A DNA stretch of 64,000 nucleotides from Acidimicrobiia bacterium (lineage in GTDB: Bacteria > Actinomycetota > Acidimicrobiia > Spongiisociales > UBA5794): positions 1,562 through 65,561 of the forward strand of contig JASJDZ010000003.1 in NCBI GenBank assembly GCA_030065575.1. Direction: 5' to 3'. Under the pieces are notes generated by a model. It was not told the origin of the DNA, did no database searches, and worked only from the letters and a program-made list of their open reading frames with translations. Positions 9,732-20,147 of this stretch are shown here, piece after piece (the stretch's first letter is position 1; each line of letters begins with the position of its first letter). The translations under genes and the position numbers were made by a program.

Positions 9732-11180
9732 TCACATCACTGCACTATTTGCCATATCCTCGGCAACGGCCACGAGCGTGGCAACGGAGAAACCCGTTCC
9801 ACCTTTGGTTATGTAGCCATCATCGCCGTCTGCCCGAGCCGGACCGGCGATGTCGAGATGCGCCCACGGAAGCTCTGCGGTGAACTCCGCAAGGAAGAGC
9901 GCGGCGGTGATAGCACCTGCATAACGATCACCGATGTTCTTGATGTCGGCGAGTGGAGAATCCAGCTTGGAGCGGTAGTCCTTCTCCAGCGGGAGGGGCC
10001 ACACTTTCTCCCCGGCACGTCGTGCCGCAGCGGTGACCGTCTCCACCGCATCATCGTTCGAACCGAATAGACCGGCGACCTTCATGCCCAGGGCAACCTG
10101 GACGGCACCGGTGAGCGTGGCCACATCGATCATGAGATCGGGCTTGCCCTCGGCGGCCAGCGACAGCCCGTCCGCTAGAACGAGGCGGCCTTCGGCGTCT
10201 GTGTTGAGCACTTCGACCGTCTTGCCGTTGCGGGCGGTGAACACATCACCAGGTCGCAGCGCAGCTCCCCCCGTCATGTTCTCCGTCAACGGAGTGATCG
10301 CCACGACATTGATCCCCAGCCCGAGCGTGGCGATAGCCCGCATGGCACCGAAGACAGCCGCCGCACCAGACATATCTGTCTTCATCGTCTCCATCGCGGA
10401 TGCCGGCTTGATGGACAGGCCGCCACTGTCGAAGACAATGCCCTTGCCGATCAGCGCCAGGGTCTTCTCCGCCCCCTCCGGCCGGTAGTTCATCACGACC
10501 ATTCGGGGTGGGTTGGTTGCGCCAAGCGACACCGCGAGAAGTCCACCAAAGCCCTCTTCCTTGATCTCGTCGCGGTCGTAGATGGTGATGTCCATGCCGA
10601 GGTCATCGCACATGTCCGCGGCGATCTCCGCCATCACCTCGGGCTTCTTGCCGCCGGCGGGCTCATTGATCAGATCGCGCGCCATGGCTACGCCTGCGGC
10701 CACAGCTTCGGCGCGAGCCACCTCGTCGATCGCCTCCGGGCCAGTGAGCACGAGAGTCTCCGTCTTCGATGGTTTGGGCTCAGAGAGGTACTTGGTGAAC
10801 TTGTACTGACCGAGCAGGAACCCGTAGACGAAGGCGTCCACAGCCCCATTCAATTCGATCTCGCCCATGGTGGTGGCGACGCTCTCGTACCGAAGGGCTG
10901 CTCGTCCGGCGACACCACCGGCCTTGCGCATCCCGTCCGCGTCTACCTCATCGCCGAGACCGACGAACAGCACCCGACCGAAGCCAGTTGCCCCGGGCAC
11001 GGCAGCCGTCTGCCCGACCTTGCCGGAGAAGTCGAGACCCTCGAGGTAGTCATCTAGCCAATCCCCAAGCTCCGCGGCCACCTCCTCTGCCCCGGGGCCC
11101 CAGGTCCTGTCAGCGAACACCGGGAGGATCAGCAGATCTCCGCTCAGGTCGTCGAGGCTAGGGGTGAAGGTGATTTGCAT
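9732..11180 (-). CDS. pepA: Leucyl aminopeptidase (M17)
   Basis: GKGIVFDSGG, MKTDMSG, NTDAEGRL, HLDIAG. Confidence 0.96.
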   Translation of the reverse strand: MQITFTPSLDDLSGDLLILPVFADRTWGPGAEEVAAELGDWLDDYLEGLDFSGKVGQTAAVPGATGFGRVLFVGLGDEVDADGMRKAGGVAGRAALRYESVATTMGEIELNGAVDAFVYGFLLGQYKFTKYLSEPKPSKTETLVLTGPEAIDEVARAEAVAAGVAMARDLINEPAGGKKPEVMAEIAADMCDDLGMDITIYDRDEIKEEGFGGLLAVSLGATNPPRMVVMNYRPEGAEKTLALIGKGIVFDSGGLSIKPASAMETMKTDMSGAAAVFGAMRAIATLGLGINVVAITPLTENMTGGAALRPGDVFTARNGKTVEVLNTDAEGRLVLADGLSLAAEGKPDLMIDVATLTGAVQVALGMKVAGLFGSNDDAVETVTAAARRAGEKVWPLPLEKDYRSKLDSPLADIKNIGDRYAGAITAALFLAEFTAELPWAHLDIAGPARADGDDGYITKGGTGFSVATLVAVAEDMANSAVM

Positions 11181-11184
11181 TTGG

Positions 11185-11733
11185 TCAGGTCTCCTTACTG
11201 GGTGTCCAGGTCTCCTCGGCGCCGCGAGCCAGCATGAAGAGGTAGTCCGCAAGACGATTCAAATAGGCGAGGACGTAGCTGCCTTCGTAGCCGCCGGCCC
11301 GCATGTGAGTGACTGCGTTTCGCTCGGCGCGTCTCGCCGTGGCCCGGGCGACATCGAGAGCAGCGCCGAGCCGGTTGGACCCGGGTACGAGAAAGCCAGT
11401 CGGCATTCCTCGCTCAGCCTCGATGCGATCGATCGCAGCTTCGATCTCGGCAACCATGTCGGCCGTTACCTTGGTCTCCCCCGCAACCAGCTTGTGTCGG
11501 TTTTCGGGTGCCGTGGCGAGCTCGGCACCAACAATGAAGAGGGCCCGCTGCAACCGAAGTAGCTCAGCGTTCAATGCCGAGTCCGGTTCGGTTTCGGCCC
11601 GGGCCAGGCCAATACAGGCCCCGGTTTCGTCAACGTCGCCGTAGGCGACAGGACCGGTCGAGTCTTTGGCAACGCGGCCGCCGAAGAAGAGCCCGGTTGT
11701 TCCGTCGTCACCTTTGCGTGTATAGATCTTCAC
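11185..11733 (-). CDS. pduO: ATP:cob(I)alamin adenosyltransferase, PduO type
   Basis: KIYTRKGDDGTTGL, YGDVDE, RRAER, YLNRLAD. Confidence 0.93.
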   Translation of the reverse strand: MKIYTRKGDDGTTGLFFGGRVAKDSTGPVAYGDVDETGACIGLARAETEPDSALNAELLRLQRALFIVGAELATAPENRHKLVAGETKVTADMVAEIEAAIDRIEAERGMPTGFLVPGSNRLGAALDVARATARRAERNAVTHMRAGGYEGSYVLAYLNRLADYLFMLARGAEETWTPSKET

Positions 11734-11742
11734 CCGCAGATC

Positions 11743-12408
11743 CTACAGACCGGCGACGAGCAGCCTGCCGACCACTACAACACCGAACGCGGTGAGGACG
11801 CCTAGGTACGAGAGGCCAGTTGCGGCCATCACACCTGAGTAGGCCGGTTCCTTGAGGGCAAACCACACTGCGGCAACAAGAACGCCGGTGAATAGCGAAA
11901 GGGCAGCGAGAGCAAGCACCATCACCATGTCATCGGATCCGAACGCTCCGAGCGCAGCGATGACTACCACTTCGGACACCAGACCGAGGGCAGTGGCCAG
12001 GTCGAGCCGGTGCAGCGCCTGGCGCGGGAGGCGGGGATCTACCAGAAACCAATGACCCAGCAGCATCACGCTTGTTGTGCCGCCAAGAAGGAGAGCGCCG
12101 GTCACCGCCGGTGCTACCCCGCCGTCGTCGACCGCCACCAGCAGAAAGCCAAGGGCGGCGGCGGCAAACAGTCCGGCGGCGACGGCCTGCCTTCGCCCCA
12201 ATAGCCCGGCGCCGAGCGCCATTGCGGTCGCCACCACCCCTAGCCACGATCCTCCGGCCAGCGCTGTGACCCCACCTACCACGACGACGATCGCCGATAG
12301 CAACCAGTTGTAGCCCGGCCCAACGATCGACCAGTGAGAAACGACCGCAGCCCCACCCGCTACGCCTGACGCCCACATGGCGAGTACGAGGGCGGGTGCT
12401 ACCTCCAC
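11743..12408 (-). CDS. Multi-pass membrane protein of unknown function
   Basis: Several hydrophobic helices; MLLGHWFLVDPRL and YSGVMAATGL.Y motifs; GTG start 8 nt after the tkt stop. Confidence 0.75.
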   Translation of the reverse strand: MEVAPALVLAMWASGVAGGAAVVSHWSIVGPGYNWLLSAIVVVVGGVTALAGGSWLGVVATAMALGAGLLGRRQAVAAGLFAAAALGFLLVAVDDGGVAPAVTGALLLGGTTSVMLLGHWFLVDPRLPRQALHRLDLATALGLVSEVVVIAALGAFGSDDMVMVLALAALSLFTGVLVAAVWFALKEPAYSGVMAATGLSYLGVLTAFGVVVVGRLLVAGL

Positions 12409-12415
12409 CTGGGTG

Positions 12416-14368
12416 CTATTTGGCGAGCCAGGAGCCGAGCCTGGCGGCAACCTTCTCGGGGGTGAAACCAAACTCTTCGGCGAGCACCGCTGCCGGCGCC
12501 GAAGCTCCGTAGTGGTCGATACCGATGGCAAGTCCGTCACTGCCGATGACGTCCGTCCAGCCGAAGGTAACTCCGGCTTCGACGGAGGCGATCGGGAGGC
12601 CTTCACCGAGAACCTCAGCACGATATGCAGCGTCCTGAGCCTCGAAAGCCTCCCGGCACGGCATCGAGACAACCCGCACCGAAGTGCCTGCGCCGTTCAG
12701 GATCTCGGCCGCCGCGAGCGCCGTTTGCAGCTCAGAACCGGTGGCGACCAGCACGACGTCTGAACCATCCTTCACCACGTAGCCACCCTTTGCTACCGGC
12801 ACCGGATCGTCACCGCCTACTTGCACACCCTGTCGGGAGAAGACGAGGGCAGTTGGGCCTTCGAGTCGATTGAGGGCAACTTCCCATGCCCCGGCAGTCT
12901 CGGCCGCGTTGCCCGGGCGCACTACCCACAGATTCGGCATAGCCCGCAACGCAGCGAGCTGCTCAACCGACTGGTGCGTGGGGCCGTCTTCGCCGAGAAG
13001 GATGGAGTCGTGGGTCAGGATCCAGATGCTGGGCACACCTATGAGGGCACCGAGCCGAATGGCTCCCCGCATGTAGTCCGAGAATGTCAGGAACGTTGCG
13101 CCGTAGCAGCGGAGCCCCCCGTGGAGGTTGATGCCGTTGACGATCGCTCCCATGCCGTGCTCACGCACTCCGAATCTGAAGTTACGGGCCGCTCGGTCAT
13201 CGGCCGAGAAGTTGGTTGACGACTCGATATAGGAGTTGTTCGTTGGGGTCAGATCAGCAGACCCGCCGATCAGTTCGGGGCGATCCGGGGCGATGGCGTT
13301 GATGACGTCACCAGACATGGCTCGCGTCGCGACACTGGCTCCTGCGTCATATGCCGGCACCGGGACCTCGATCGGCTTGCTGTCGAAGTGAGCATCCCAG
13401 GTTGCCTTCAGCTCTTCGTCTCCGGCCATGCGCAGCTCGAAGTTGCGCTGCCAATCGCTGGCTAGCTTGCGGCGATCCGCGAACGAATCGGTGAAGAAGT
13501 CATAGACCTCAGCGGGTACATGGAATGGCTCGTAGTCCCAACCGAGCACCTCGCGGACGAGGCGGATCTCATCGTCGCCGAGCGGCGATCCGTGGGCGGC
13601 AGAGCTGTCCTGCTTGTTGGGACTGCCGTATGCGATGTGCGTCTTGCAGGAAATCAGCGTTGGCCGGGCTTCCTCGGCAATGCCTGCCGTGATCGCTTCC
13701 GTCACGGCGTCCCGATCGTGACCATCGATTTGCAGCGTGTGCCACCCTGCCGCCCGGAAGCGCTTCAGAGTGTCCTCGCTGTACGACCAATGCTTGGGCC
13801 CGTCGAGAGTGATGTCGTTGTCGTCGTAGAGGTAGATGAGCTTGCCTAGCTCGAGATGACCGGCAAGGGACGCAGCCTCCATGGCAACGCCCTCCATGAT
13901 GTCGCCGTCCGAGACGATGGCGTAGGTGCGGTGGTCGACGAGCTCCGACCCGAAGATGTCGTTGAGCTTGGTTTCGGCTATCGCCATGCCGATGCCTGTG
14001 GCCAGGCCCTGCCCCAGTGGCCCTGTCGTGGTCTCAATCCCCAGTTCCACGTCGAGTTCGGGGTGGCCCGCCGTCGGCGAACCGAACTGTCGGAAGTTCT
14101 TGATGTCCTCAATGCTGATCGGGAAACCCGATAGGTGCAGAATCGAATAGAGCAGCATCGAGGCGTGCCCTGCAGAGAGCACAAAGCGGTCGCGGTTCTC
14201 CCATGTTGGATTCTTCGGATCGACCCGCAAGAACTTGCTGAAGAGGACCACAGCCATGTCAGCCATACCCATGGGCCCCCCGGGATGGCCGGACTTGGCC
14301 TTCTGCACTGCGTCCATTGACAGGGCGCGAATCGCATTGGCGGCGAGCTGCTCGATGTCCTTTGCCAC
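12416..14368 (-). CDS. tkt: Transketolase
   Basis: [37 protein letters not shown]. Confidence 0.97.
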   Translation of the reverse strand: MAKDIEQLAANAIRALSMDAVQKAKSGHPGGPMGMADMAVVLFSKFLRVDPKNPTWENRDRFVLSAGHASMLLYSILHLSGFPISIEDIKNFRQFGSPTAGHPELDVELGIETTTGPLGQGLATGIGMAIAETKLNDIFGSELVDHRTYAIVSDGDIMEGVAMEAASLAGHLELGKLIYLYDDNDITLDGPKHWSYSEDTLKRFRAAGWHTLQIDGHDRDAVTEAITAGIAEEARPTLISCKTHIAYGSPNKQDSSAAHGSPLGDDEIRLVREVLGWDYEPFHVPAEVYDFFTDSFADRRKLASDWQRNFELRMAGDEELKATWDAHFDSKPIEVPVPAYDAGASVATRAMSGDVINAIAPDRPELIGGSADLTPTNNSYIESSTNFSADDRAARNFRFGVREHGMGAIVNGINLHGGLRCYGATFLTFSDYMRGAIRLGALIGVPSIWILTHDSILLGEDGPTHQSVEQLAALRAMPNLWVVRPGNAAETAGAWEVALNRLEGPTALVFSRQGVQVGGDDPVPVAKGGYVVKDGSDVVLVATGSELQTALAAAEILNGAGTSVRVVSMPCREAFEAQDAAYRAEVLGEGLPIASVEAGVTFGWTDVIGSDGLAIGIDHYGASAPAAVLAEEFGFTPEKVAARLGSWLAK

Positions 14369-14446
14369 GGCTCCTCCATGGTTGATCGGTTATGCGTTGA
14401 GAGTAGTGGCTCGGGCCACGCCCCTGTCTGCACCCTTCGCCCGTTC

Positions 14447-15541
14447 TCAGTCGACGATGGCCACGGAACGGGGAGAACGATTGAGCCGGTCGGCTCCAGC
14501 CTCCGTGCAGATCACGATGTCCTCGATGCGGATCCCGAACTCGCCGGGTAAGTAGATGCCGGGCTCGATCGAGAACGCCATCCCTACGTCGAGTAGCTGG
14601 TCGTTCCCGGCAACTATGTACGGATCCTCGTGGCCGTCGAGCCCGATGCCGTGCCCGGTGCGATGGATGAAGTAGTCGCCGTAGCCCGCTGCCGTGATCA
14701 CCTTGCGCGCAGCCGCATCGACCGACTCGGCCGGGACACCTGGAGCGACAGTATCGATCGCAGCGCGCTGTGCGGCGCGGACGATCTCGTGCACCTCTCG
14801 GTAGCGGGCCGGCGGCTCCCCGACGTGGAACATGCGAGTGGTGTCCGACCCGTAACCACCGACCGTCCCCCCGAAGTCGATGACGATCGCATCGCCCTCA
14901 CGAATGACCCTCTCCCCCGGTTCATGATGGGGCGACGCACCATTCGGCCCGGAGGCGACAATGGCGAACCCGGCGACGTCCGTGCCGTTTTCCTCGAGCA
15001 GTCCCGCTATCTCGCGGGAGACTCGAGCCTCGCTCTTGCCGGCGAATCGATGTGCGGCAAGCAATCCCGCCACCGTGTCGGCCGAAGAGCCGGCGCGACG
15101 AAGCAACTCGATTTCTGCGGGTTCTTTGATGATCCGCAGCGCCTCGGTCACGGGACGAGCGGACCGAAAGGCCGTGCCGGGTAGCGCCTCCTGCAGGGCA
15201 AGCAGGAAGACCGCCCAGGTCTGGTCGGTGATCATTGCGGTCGAGGCGCCGCCGATCAGCCCGGCGACAAGAGAGATGACATCATCGGTCTCGCTCCAGG
15301 ATCGAACGCTGAAGGTGCCGGCATCGGTCGCCACCCGTGCCGCCTCTAGTTCGGGGATTACCAGGATCGGCTCGCCCTGCTGCGGGATCACGGCCATCGT
15401 CAAACGTTCCAGGGGCATGGCCCGATAGCCGGTCAGATATGGCAGGTCGGATCCAACCGAAGCCAAAAGCACATCGACCTTCCGCTCTGCCATCTGCCGC
15501 CGAGCACGGTCGAGGCGACCGGCGTAGTCGAATGCGGTCAT
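14447..15541 (-). CDS. Xaa-Pro peptidase (M24B)
   Basis: SPHH, DFGG..GYGSDTTR, HRTGHGIG..HE, EPGIY, GIRIED. Confidence 0.95.
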   Translation of the reverse strand: MTAFDYAGRLDRARRQMAERKVDVLLASVGSDLPYLTGYRAMPLERLTMAVIPQQGEPILVIPELEAARVATDAGTFSVRSWSETDDVISLVAGLIGGASTAMITDQTWAVFLLALQEALPGTAFRSARPVTEALRIIKEPAEIELLRRAGSSADTVAGLLAAHRFAGKSEARVSREIAGLLEENGTDVAGFAIVASGPNGASPHHEPGERVIREGDAIVIDFGGTVGGYGSDTTRMFHVGEPPARYREVHEIVRAAQRAAIDTVAPGVPAESVDAAARKVITAAGYGDYFIHRTGHGIGLDGHEDPYIVAGNDQLLDVGMAFSIEPGIYLPGEFGIRIEDIVICTEAGADRLNRSPRSVAIVD

Positions 15542-17190
15542 TGCTGCGCTGTCTCCAGTGATTCGGCGGCGTGATAAGACGAGCGAACGAGCGGGCCCGC
15601 CTCCACATGCGGGATCCCCAACCGCTCTCCCTCCGCCGAGTACCGCTGGAACTCATCGGGATGCACATAGCGGTCGACCGGACGGTGACGCGGGGTTGGC
15701 CGCAGGTACTGGCCGATCGTGATCAGGTCGACACCAACCGCCCTCATGTCGGCCAGGGTCGCCATGATCTCGGCCTCGGTCTCTCCCATTCCCACGATCA
15801 GGCCGGACTTGACGGTACAAGTTGGATTGGCCCATTTCGCACGCGCCAGCAGCGCAAGCGACCGACCGTAGTTCGCCGCGGTGCGCACCTCTCGTTGTAG
15901 CCGCAGCACGGTCTCGGTGTTGTGGTTGAGGACCTCGGGCTTGGCGGCCATCACGGTATCCAGGGCATCACGATCACCCTTGAAGTCCGGAATCAGCACC
16001 TCAACGTCGCAGTCGGGAACGAGGTCGCGGATCCGGTCGATCGTCTCCGCAAAGATGGCTGCACCGCCATCGTCGAGATCATCGCGGTTGACCGAAGTGA
16101 GCACGGCGTGACGGAGCCCCATGGCGGCGACGGCCTCAGCCGCCCGCTCCGGCTCCTCCCGATCTACCTCACCCGGCCGGCCGGTCTGCACGTCACAGAA
16201 CGCGCAGGCCCGCGTGCACTTGTCGCCGAGCAACATCAGCGTGCCGGTTCCCGAAGCCCAACACTCGTAGATGTTCGGGCAACCCGCCTCCTCGCAGACG
16301 GTGTTGAGTTCCTTGCTCCGCATCAACCGGCGAACGTCGCGGTAGCCGTCGGATGAGATATCGGCCTTGATCCGCATCCACTCCGGACGGCGGGGCTCTC
16401 CCGGAAGCAGGCCATTGATGGCAACCGGGACGTCGGTGGTCGCTTCGCCGGAGAACACGCCGGCGGTCACCATGCGATCCACTGCGAACGGTTCGCGCCC
16501 CGACCCGCGGGCAAAGGCACCCAGTTGCGCCTCGAGATCGGAGAATCCAAACACGGGCCCAATGTGTGCCAGCACCGCCTCGACAACCTCCTCGATTCGC
16601 ACTTGGCGCCCAACCAGCTCGGAGATCGAGGTCACATCCCGGTCGGCGATTCCACAGGGAACGATCTTGCCGAAGTAGCTGAGATCGGGGTCGACGTTGA
16701 TAGCAAAGCCATGCATGGACACGCCGCGTGAGACTCGCACTCCGATTGCGGCAACCTTGCCCCGATCGGTCCACACCCCGGTCAGCCCCTCCTCGGGCCA
16801 GGCCGCTACGCCGAGATCACCGAGCGCCGCGATGATCAGCTGCTCGATGCGGCGAACGTGCCCGACCATGTCAAAGCCGTTGGGCAAGCGGGGCACTGCG
16901 AACACCGGGTATCCGACTAGCTGACCCGGACCGTGATAAGTGATGTCGCCACCACGATCCACGTAGTGGATCTCGGCATCGATATCGCCGAGCATCGATT
17001 CGGCAATCAGCAGATTCGAGCCGTCGCCGTTCCGCCCCACGGTGTAGGTGTGAGGATGCTCGAGCAGCAACAGGTAGTCATCCGCAGCCCGGCCGAGGAC
17101 CCGGCCCTCCCAGAAGGCCTTCTGCAGATCCCATGCCTCGGCGTACGGCAGACGCCCGAGCCAGCGGGCCCGAACCTGGGCCTTGGTCAC
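15538..17190 (-). CDS. lipA: Fused octanoyltransferase LipB - lipoyl synthase LipA
   Basis: N-half RGGDITYHGPGQLVGYP, HGFAIN, PCG (LipB); C-half CEEAGCPNIYEC, CTRACAFC, RSSY (LipA); one uninterrupted ORF. Confidence 0.95.
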   Translation of the reverse strand: MTKAQVRARWLGRLPYAEAWDLQKAFWEGRVLGRAADDYLLLLEHPHTYTVGRNGDGSNLLIAESMLGDIDAEIHYVDRGGDITYHGPGQLVGYPVFAVPRLPNGFDMVGHVRRIEQLIIAALGDLGVAAWPEEGLTGVWTDRGKVAAIGVRVSRGVSMHGFAINVDPDLSYFGKIVPCGIADRDVTSISELVGRQVRIEEVVEAVLAHIGPVFGFSDLEAQLGAFARGSGREPFAVDRMVTAGVFSGEATTDVPVAINGLLPGEPRRPEWMRIKADISSDGYRDVRRLMRSKELNTVCEEAGCPNIYECWASGTGTLMLLGDKCTRACAFCDVQTGRPGEVDREEPERAAEAVAAMGLRHAVLTSVNRDDLDDGGAAIFAETIDRIRDLVPDCDVEVLIPDFKGDRDALDTVMAAKPEVLNHNTETVLRLQREVRTAANYGRSLALLARAKWANPTCTVKSGLIVGMGETEAEIMATLADMRAVGVDLITIGQYLRPTPRHRPVDRYVHPDEFQRYSAEGERLGIPHVEAGPLVRSSYHAAESLETAQQ

Positions 17191-18689
17191 GCCAGTTCCT
17201 GATCCCAGTCCCAGGTCTCCAGGTTCTCCTTGATACGCCGCAGGAAGAGAACTGCAGTCGAGCCGTCGAATACCCTGTGATCCCAGGTCAGACCGAGATA
17301 CCCGATATGCCGGATGGCGATGGCGTCCGAGCCGTCGGGCAGGGTGACCACCGCCGCTCGCTTACTCACGGTATCCGTCGACAGGATGGCGACGTTGGGG
17401 ATGTTGATTATCGGCGCCGACATGAATGAACCGAATGGACCGGGGTTCGTGATGGTGAAGGTCGAACCCGACAGATCATTGAGTTCGAGCTTGCCCGCCC
17501 TTGCCTTGTCGGCGACTGCACGAATGCCGCGGGCCAGGCCGGTCAGGGCGAGGCCATCAGCCCCCGGCATGTTCATCACGACGAGGCCGCCTTCATTCAG
17601 GTCGACAGCGATCCCGAGGCCAACTGAGTTGTGGAATGTCTGCGTCTCGTTCTCGAGATCAAAGGAACTGTTCACAACGGGATAAGCCTGCAAGGCATCG
17701 ATGGTGGCGCGGGCGATGAACGGCATGTAGGTCAGCGAGTAGCCCTCTCGAGCCTTCCACGCCGCCTTGTGCTTCTGGCGAACTTGCTCCACCCGCTCGT
17801 AGTCGACCTCAACCGCCGTCCACACGTGAGCGGCGGTGCGCTTGGCATTGAGCATGTTCTCGGCGATCACCTTGCGCAGCCGAGGCATAGCTTCGGTACG
17901 GTCTGCGCCGACCGCAGCCACTGCGTCGGGCACCGCAACCGCCTCAGCCGCGGGGGCCGGGGCCGGAGCTGCTGCCGGCGGTGCCGGGGCGGCAGGTGCC
18001 GGGGCTGGAGCGGGCGCCGGGGCAGGAGCGGGTGCCGGGGCCGGAGCCGGCTCGAAGGTCACCTCGGCGGTCGGGGCAGCCGGCGGTGGCGGCGGAGTCC
18101 CGGCCTTCTGCGCATCGATGTACCTGCTGACGTCCTTCCGAGTGATGCGTCCGCCCTCACCGGTACCGACGACAAGTGACAGGTCCACGTTGTTCTCGGA
18201 GGCAAGCTTGCGCACGACGGGTGATAGCACCGACCGCTTCGGGGCTTCTTCGGTGGCAACAGGCATGGCAGCAGGCGGTGTCGCCGGCACCGGAGCGAGG
18301 GGCTCAGCCGCCACCGGGGCGGGAGCCGGTTCGGGGGCGGGTGCCGGCTCAGGGGCGGGTGCCGGTTCGGGGGCGGCTGCCGGCTCCGGCTCGGGCGGCG
18401 GCTCAGGTGCAGGCGCGGCCTCGGGCGACGGTGCGGCGACCACCTCTTCTCCGGGCTCACCGATGACGGCGAGGGCTGTCCCAACCGTGACCGTCTCCCC
18501 TTCCGCAACCAGGATCTCGACCACGATCCCGGCAACCGGGGAGGGTATCTCGGTGTCGACTTTGTCGGTCGAAATCTCCAGCAGCACTTCGTCGGCCGCG
18601 ATGGAATCACCGGGTTGCTTTGCCCAACTGAGGATTGTGCCTTCAGTTACGGTCTCGCCCAACTGGGGCATCTCGACTGTGGTCGCCAT
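17187..18689 (-). CDS. 2-oxoacid dehydrogenase E2 dihydrolipoamide acyltransferase (DlaT/SucB-like)
   Basis: Lipoyl domain (TDKV), Pro/Ala linkers, E3-binding domain (GTGEGGRI), catalytic DHRVFDG. Confidence 0.95.
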   Translation of the reverse strand: MATTVEMPQLGETVTEGTILSWAKQPGDSIAADEVLLEISTDKVDTEIPSPVAGIVVEILVAEGETVTVGTALAVIGEPGEEVVAAPSPEAAPAPEPPPEPEPAAAPEPAPAPEPAPAPEPAPAPVAAEPLAPVPATPPAAMPVATEEAPKRSVLSPVVRKLASENNVDLSLVVGTGEGGRITRKDVSRYIDAQKAGTPPPPPAAPTAEVTFEPAPAPAPAPAPAPAPAPAPAAPAPPAAAPAPAPAAEAVAVPDAVAAVGADRTEAMPRLRKVIAENMLNAKRTAAHVWTAVEVDYERVEQVRQKHKAAWKAREGYSLTYMPFIARATIDALQAYPVVNSSFDLENETQTFHNSVGLGIAVDLNEGGLVVMNMPGADGLALTGLARGIRAVADKARAGKLELNDLSGSTFTITNPGPFGSFMSAPIINIPNVAILSTDTVSKRAAVVTLPDGSDAIAIRHIGYLGLTWDHRVFDGSTAVLFLRRIKENLETWDWDQELA

Positions 18690-18710
18690 TTCAGCGGTCT
18701 CCTTCTGTCC

Positions 18711-20084
18711 TCAATGCAAACTACGACCGGCTGCGGACAACAGGGTTTCCCCGATCGCTTCAGAAATCGTTGGATGGGCATGGATGAACGCAGCCGCTTC
18801 CGCGGGCAGCGCCTCCCAGGCCACTGCGTACATCAGCTCGTGGATCAGCTCACCGGCGGAGGGCCCAATCACGGTGGCGCCGAGGATCGGGCCATCCTTC
18901 TCGCTCACCACCTTGACCAAACCGCCAACTTCGCCCTGGATGATTGCTCGACCGACGCCACGCATACCGTGGTCGTGGACCTCGACATCGTATCCGGCCT
19001 CCCGTGCCGCAGCTTCGGTGAGACCCACGCTGGCTAGCTCGGGATCGGTATACACGACGAGGGGTATTGCCCGATAGTCAACCGGAGCGATCTCCCCGGT
19101 TGCGATATGGGTGATGGCCGCGATGCCTTCGGCAAAACCGGCATGGGCAAGTTGCGGAGTGCCGGCGACGATGTCGCCGACTGCATAGATGTTGGGCTCA
19201 GCGGTCATCATCGTGTTGGGGTCTACCTCGATGAAGCCTCGGTCGACCTCCACTCGGGTTGTCTCCAAGCCGAGATCGTCTGTGACGGGAGCACGACCTA
19301 CGGCGACCAGCACCTTGTCGACCTCGACGTAGTCGCCCTCGAAGGGCACAACCACACGCTCGTCGCCGACCTCGGCAGGTCCCACGCCAACGCCCGTGCG
19401 GATCTTGACCCCCTTCTTCTTCATCTCTCGAGCCAGAGCCTTGGCAGCTTCCGGCTCGGCACCCGGGATCACCTGATCGAGCATCTCGAACAAGTGCACC
19501 TCGGACCCGGTTGAACCAAGAATCAGGGCGAACTCGCTGCCGATAGCTCCGGCTCCGATGATCGCAACCCGGTTGGGCCGCTCGCTCCAGTCGAGTGCCT
19601 CCCGACTGGAGACTATGCGGGTGCCGTCGAAGTCATAGCCGGGGATGGAGCGAGGCTTCGAACCCGTCGCCAGGACAACGTTCTTGGCTTCCAGCCGTCG
19701 CACCGCACCGTCTTTGGCAGCAACCTCGACTCCCCCGCCGGCCAGACGCCCATAACCCTCGATGACATCAACCTGACGCGACTTGAGCAACCCGCTCAGG
19801 CCACGAACGAGGCCGTCGACTATGACGTTCTTACGATTGAGTGCGGCCTCCCAATCCAGGGTGGGCTCGCCGACATGAACCCCGAACTCTGACGCCTTCT
19901 TGGCATGGGCAAAGACTTCCGCCGTCTTGAGCCACGACTTGGCGGGAATGCAGCCGCGCAGCAGGCAGGTACCTCCGACGCGCTCTTTTTCGACCAGAGC
20001 GACTTTCAGGCCGAAGTTGTGGGCGTAGAGGGCGGCCGCATAGCCACCCGGGCCTCCACCGATGATTACGACGTCGTACACCAT
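18711..20084 (-). CDS. lpdA: Dihydrolipoyl dehydrogenase
   Basis: GGGPGGY, GGTCLLRGCIP, GAGAIG, HPTISE. Confidence 0.95.
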   Translation of the reverse strand: MVYDVVIIGGGPGGYAAALYAHNFGLKVALVEKERVGGTCLLRGCIPAKSWLKTAEVFAHAKKASEFGVHVGEPTLDWEAALNRKNVIVDGLVRGLSGLLKSRQVDVIEGYGRLAGGGVEVAAKDGAVRRLEAKNVVLATGSKPRSIPGYDFDGTRIVSSREALDWSERPNRVAIIGAGAIGSEFALILGSTGSEVHLFEMLDQVIPGAEPEAAKALAREMKKKGVKIRTGVGVGPAEVGDERVVVPFEGDYVEVDKVLVAVGRAPVTDDLGLETTRVEVDRGFIEVDPNTMMTAEPNIYAVGDIVAGTPQLAHAGFAEGIAAITHIATGEIAPVDYRAIPLVVYTDPELASVGLTEAAAREAGYDVEVHDHGMRGVGRAIIQGEVGGLVKVVSEKDGPILGATVIGPSAGELIHELMYAVAWEALPAEAAAFIHAHPTISEAIGETLLSAAGRSLH

Positions 20085-20147
20085 GCCTCCGCAGAGATTC
20101 GGGTTCGTATGGAGCCTAGCGTTCCTCGGTTGGCTGCCGAGCAAGCG

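Noticed and set aside
17836-19077. Gly/Ala-repeat ORF on the + strand
   Set aside because: Antisense of the Pro/Ala linkers of E2
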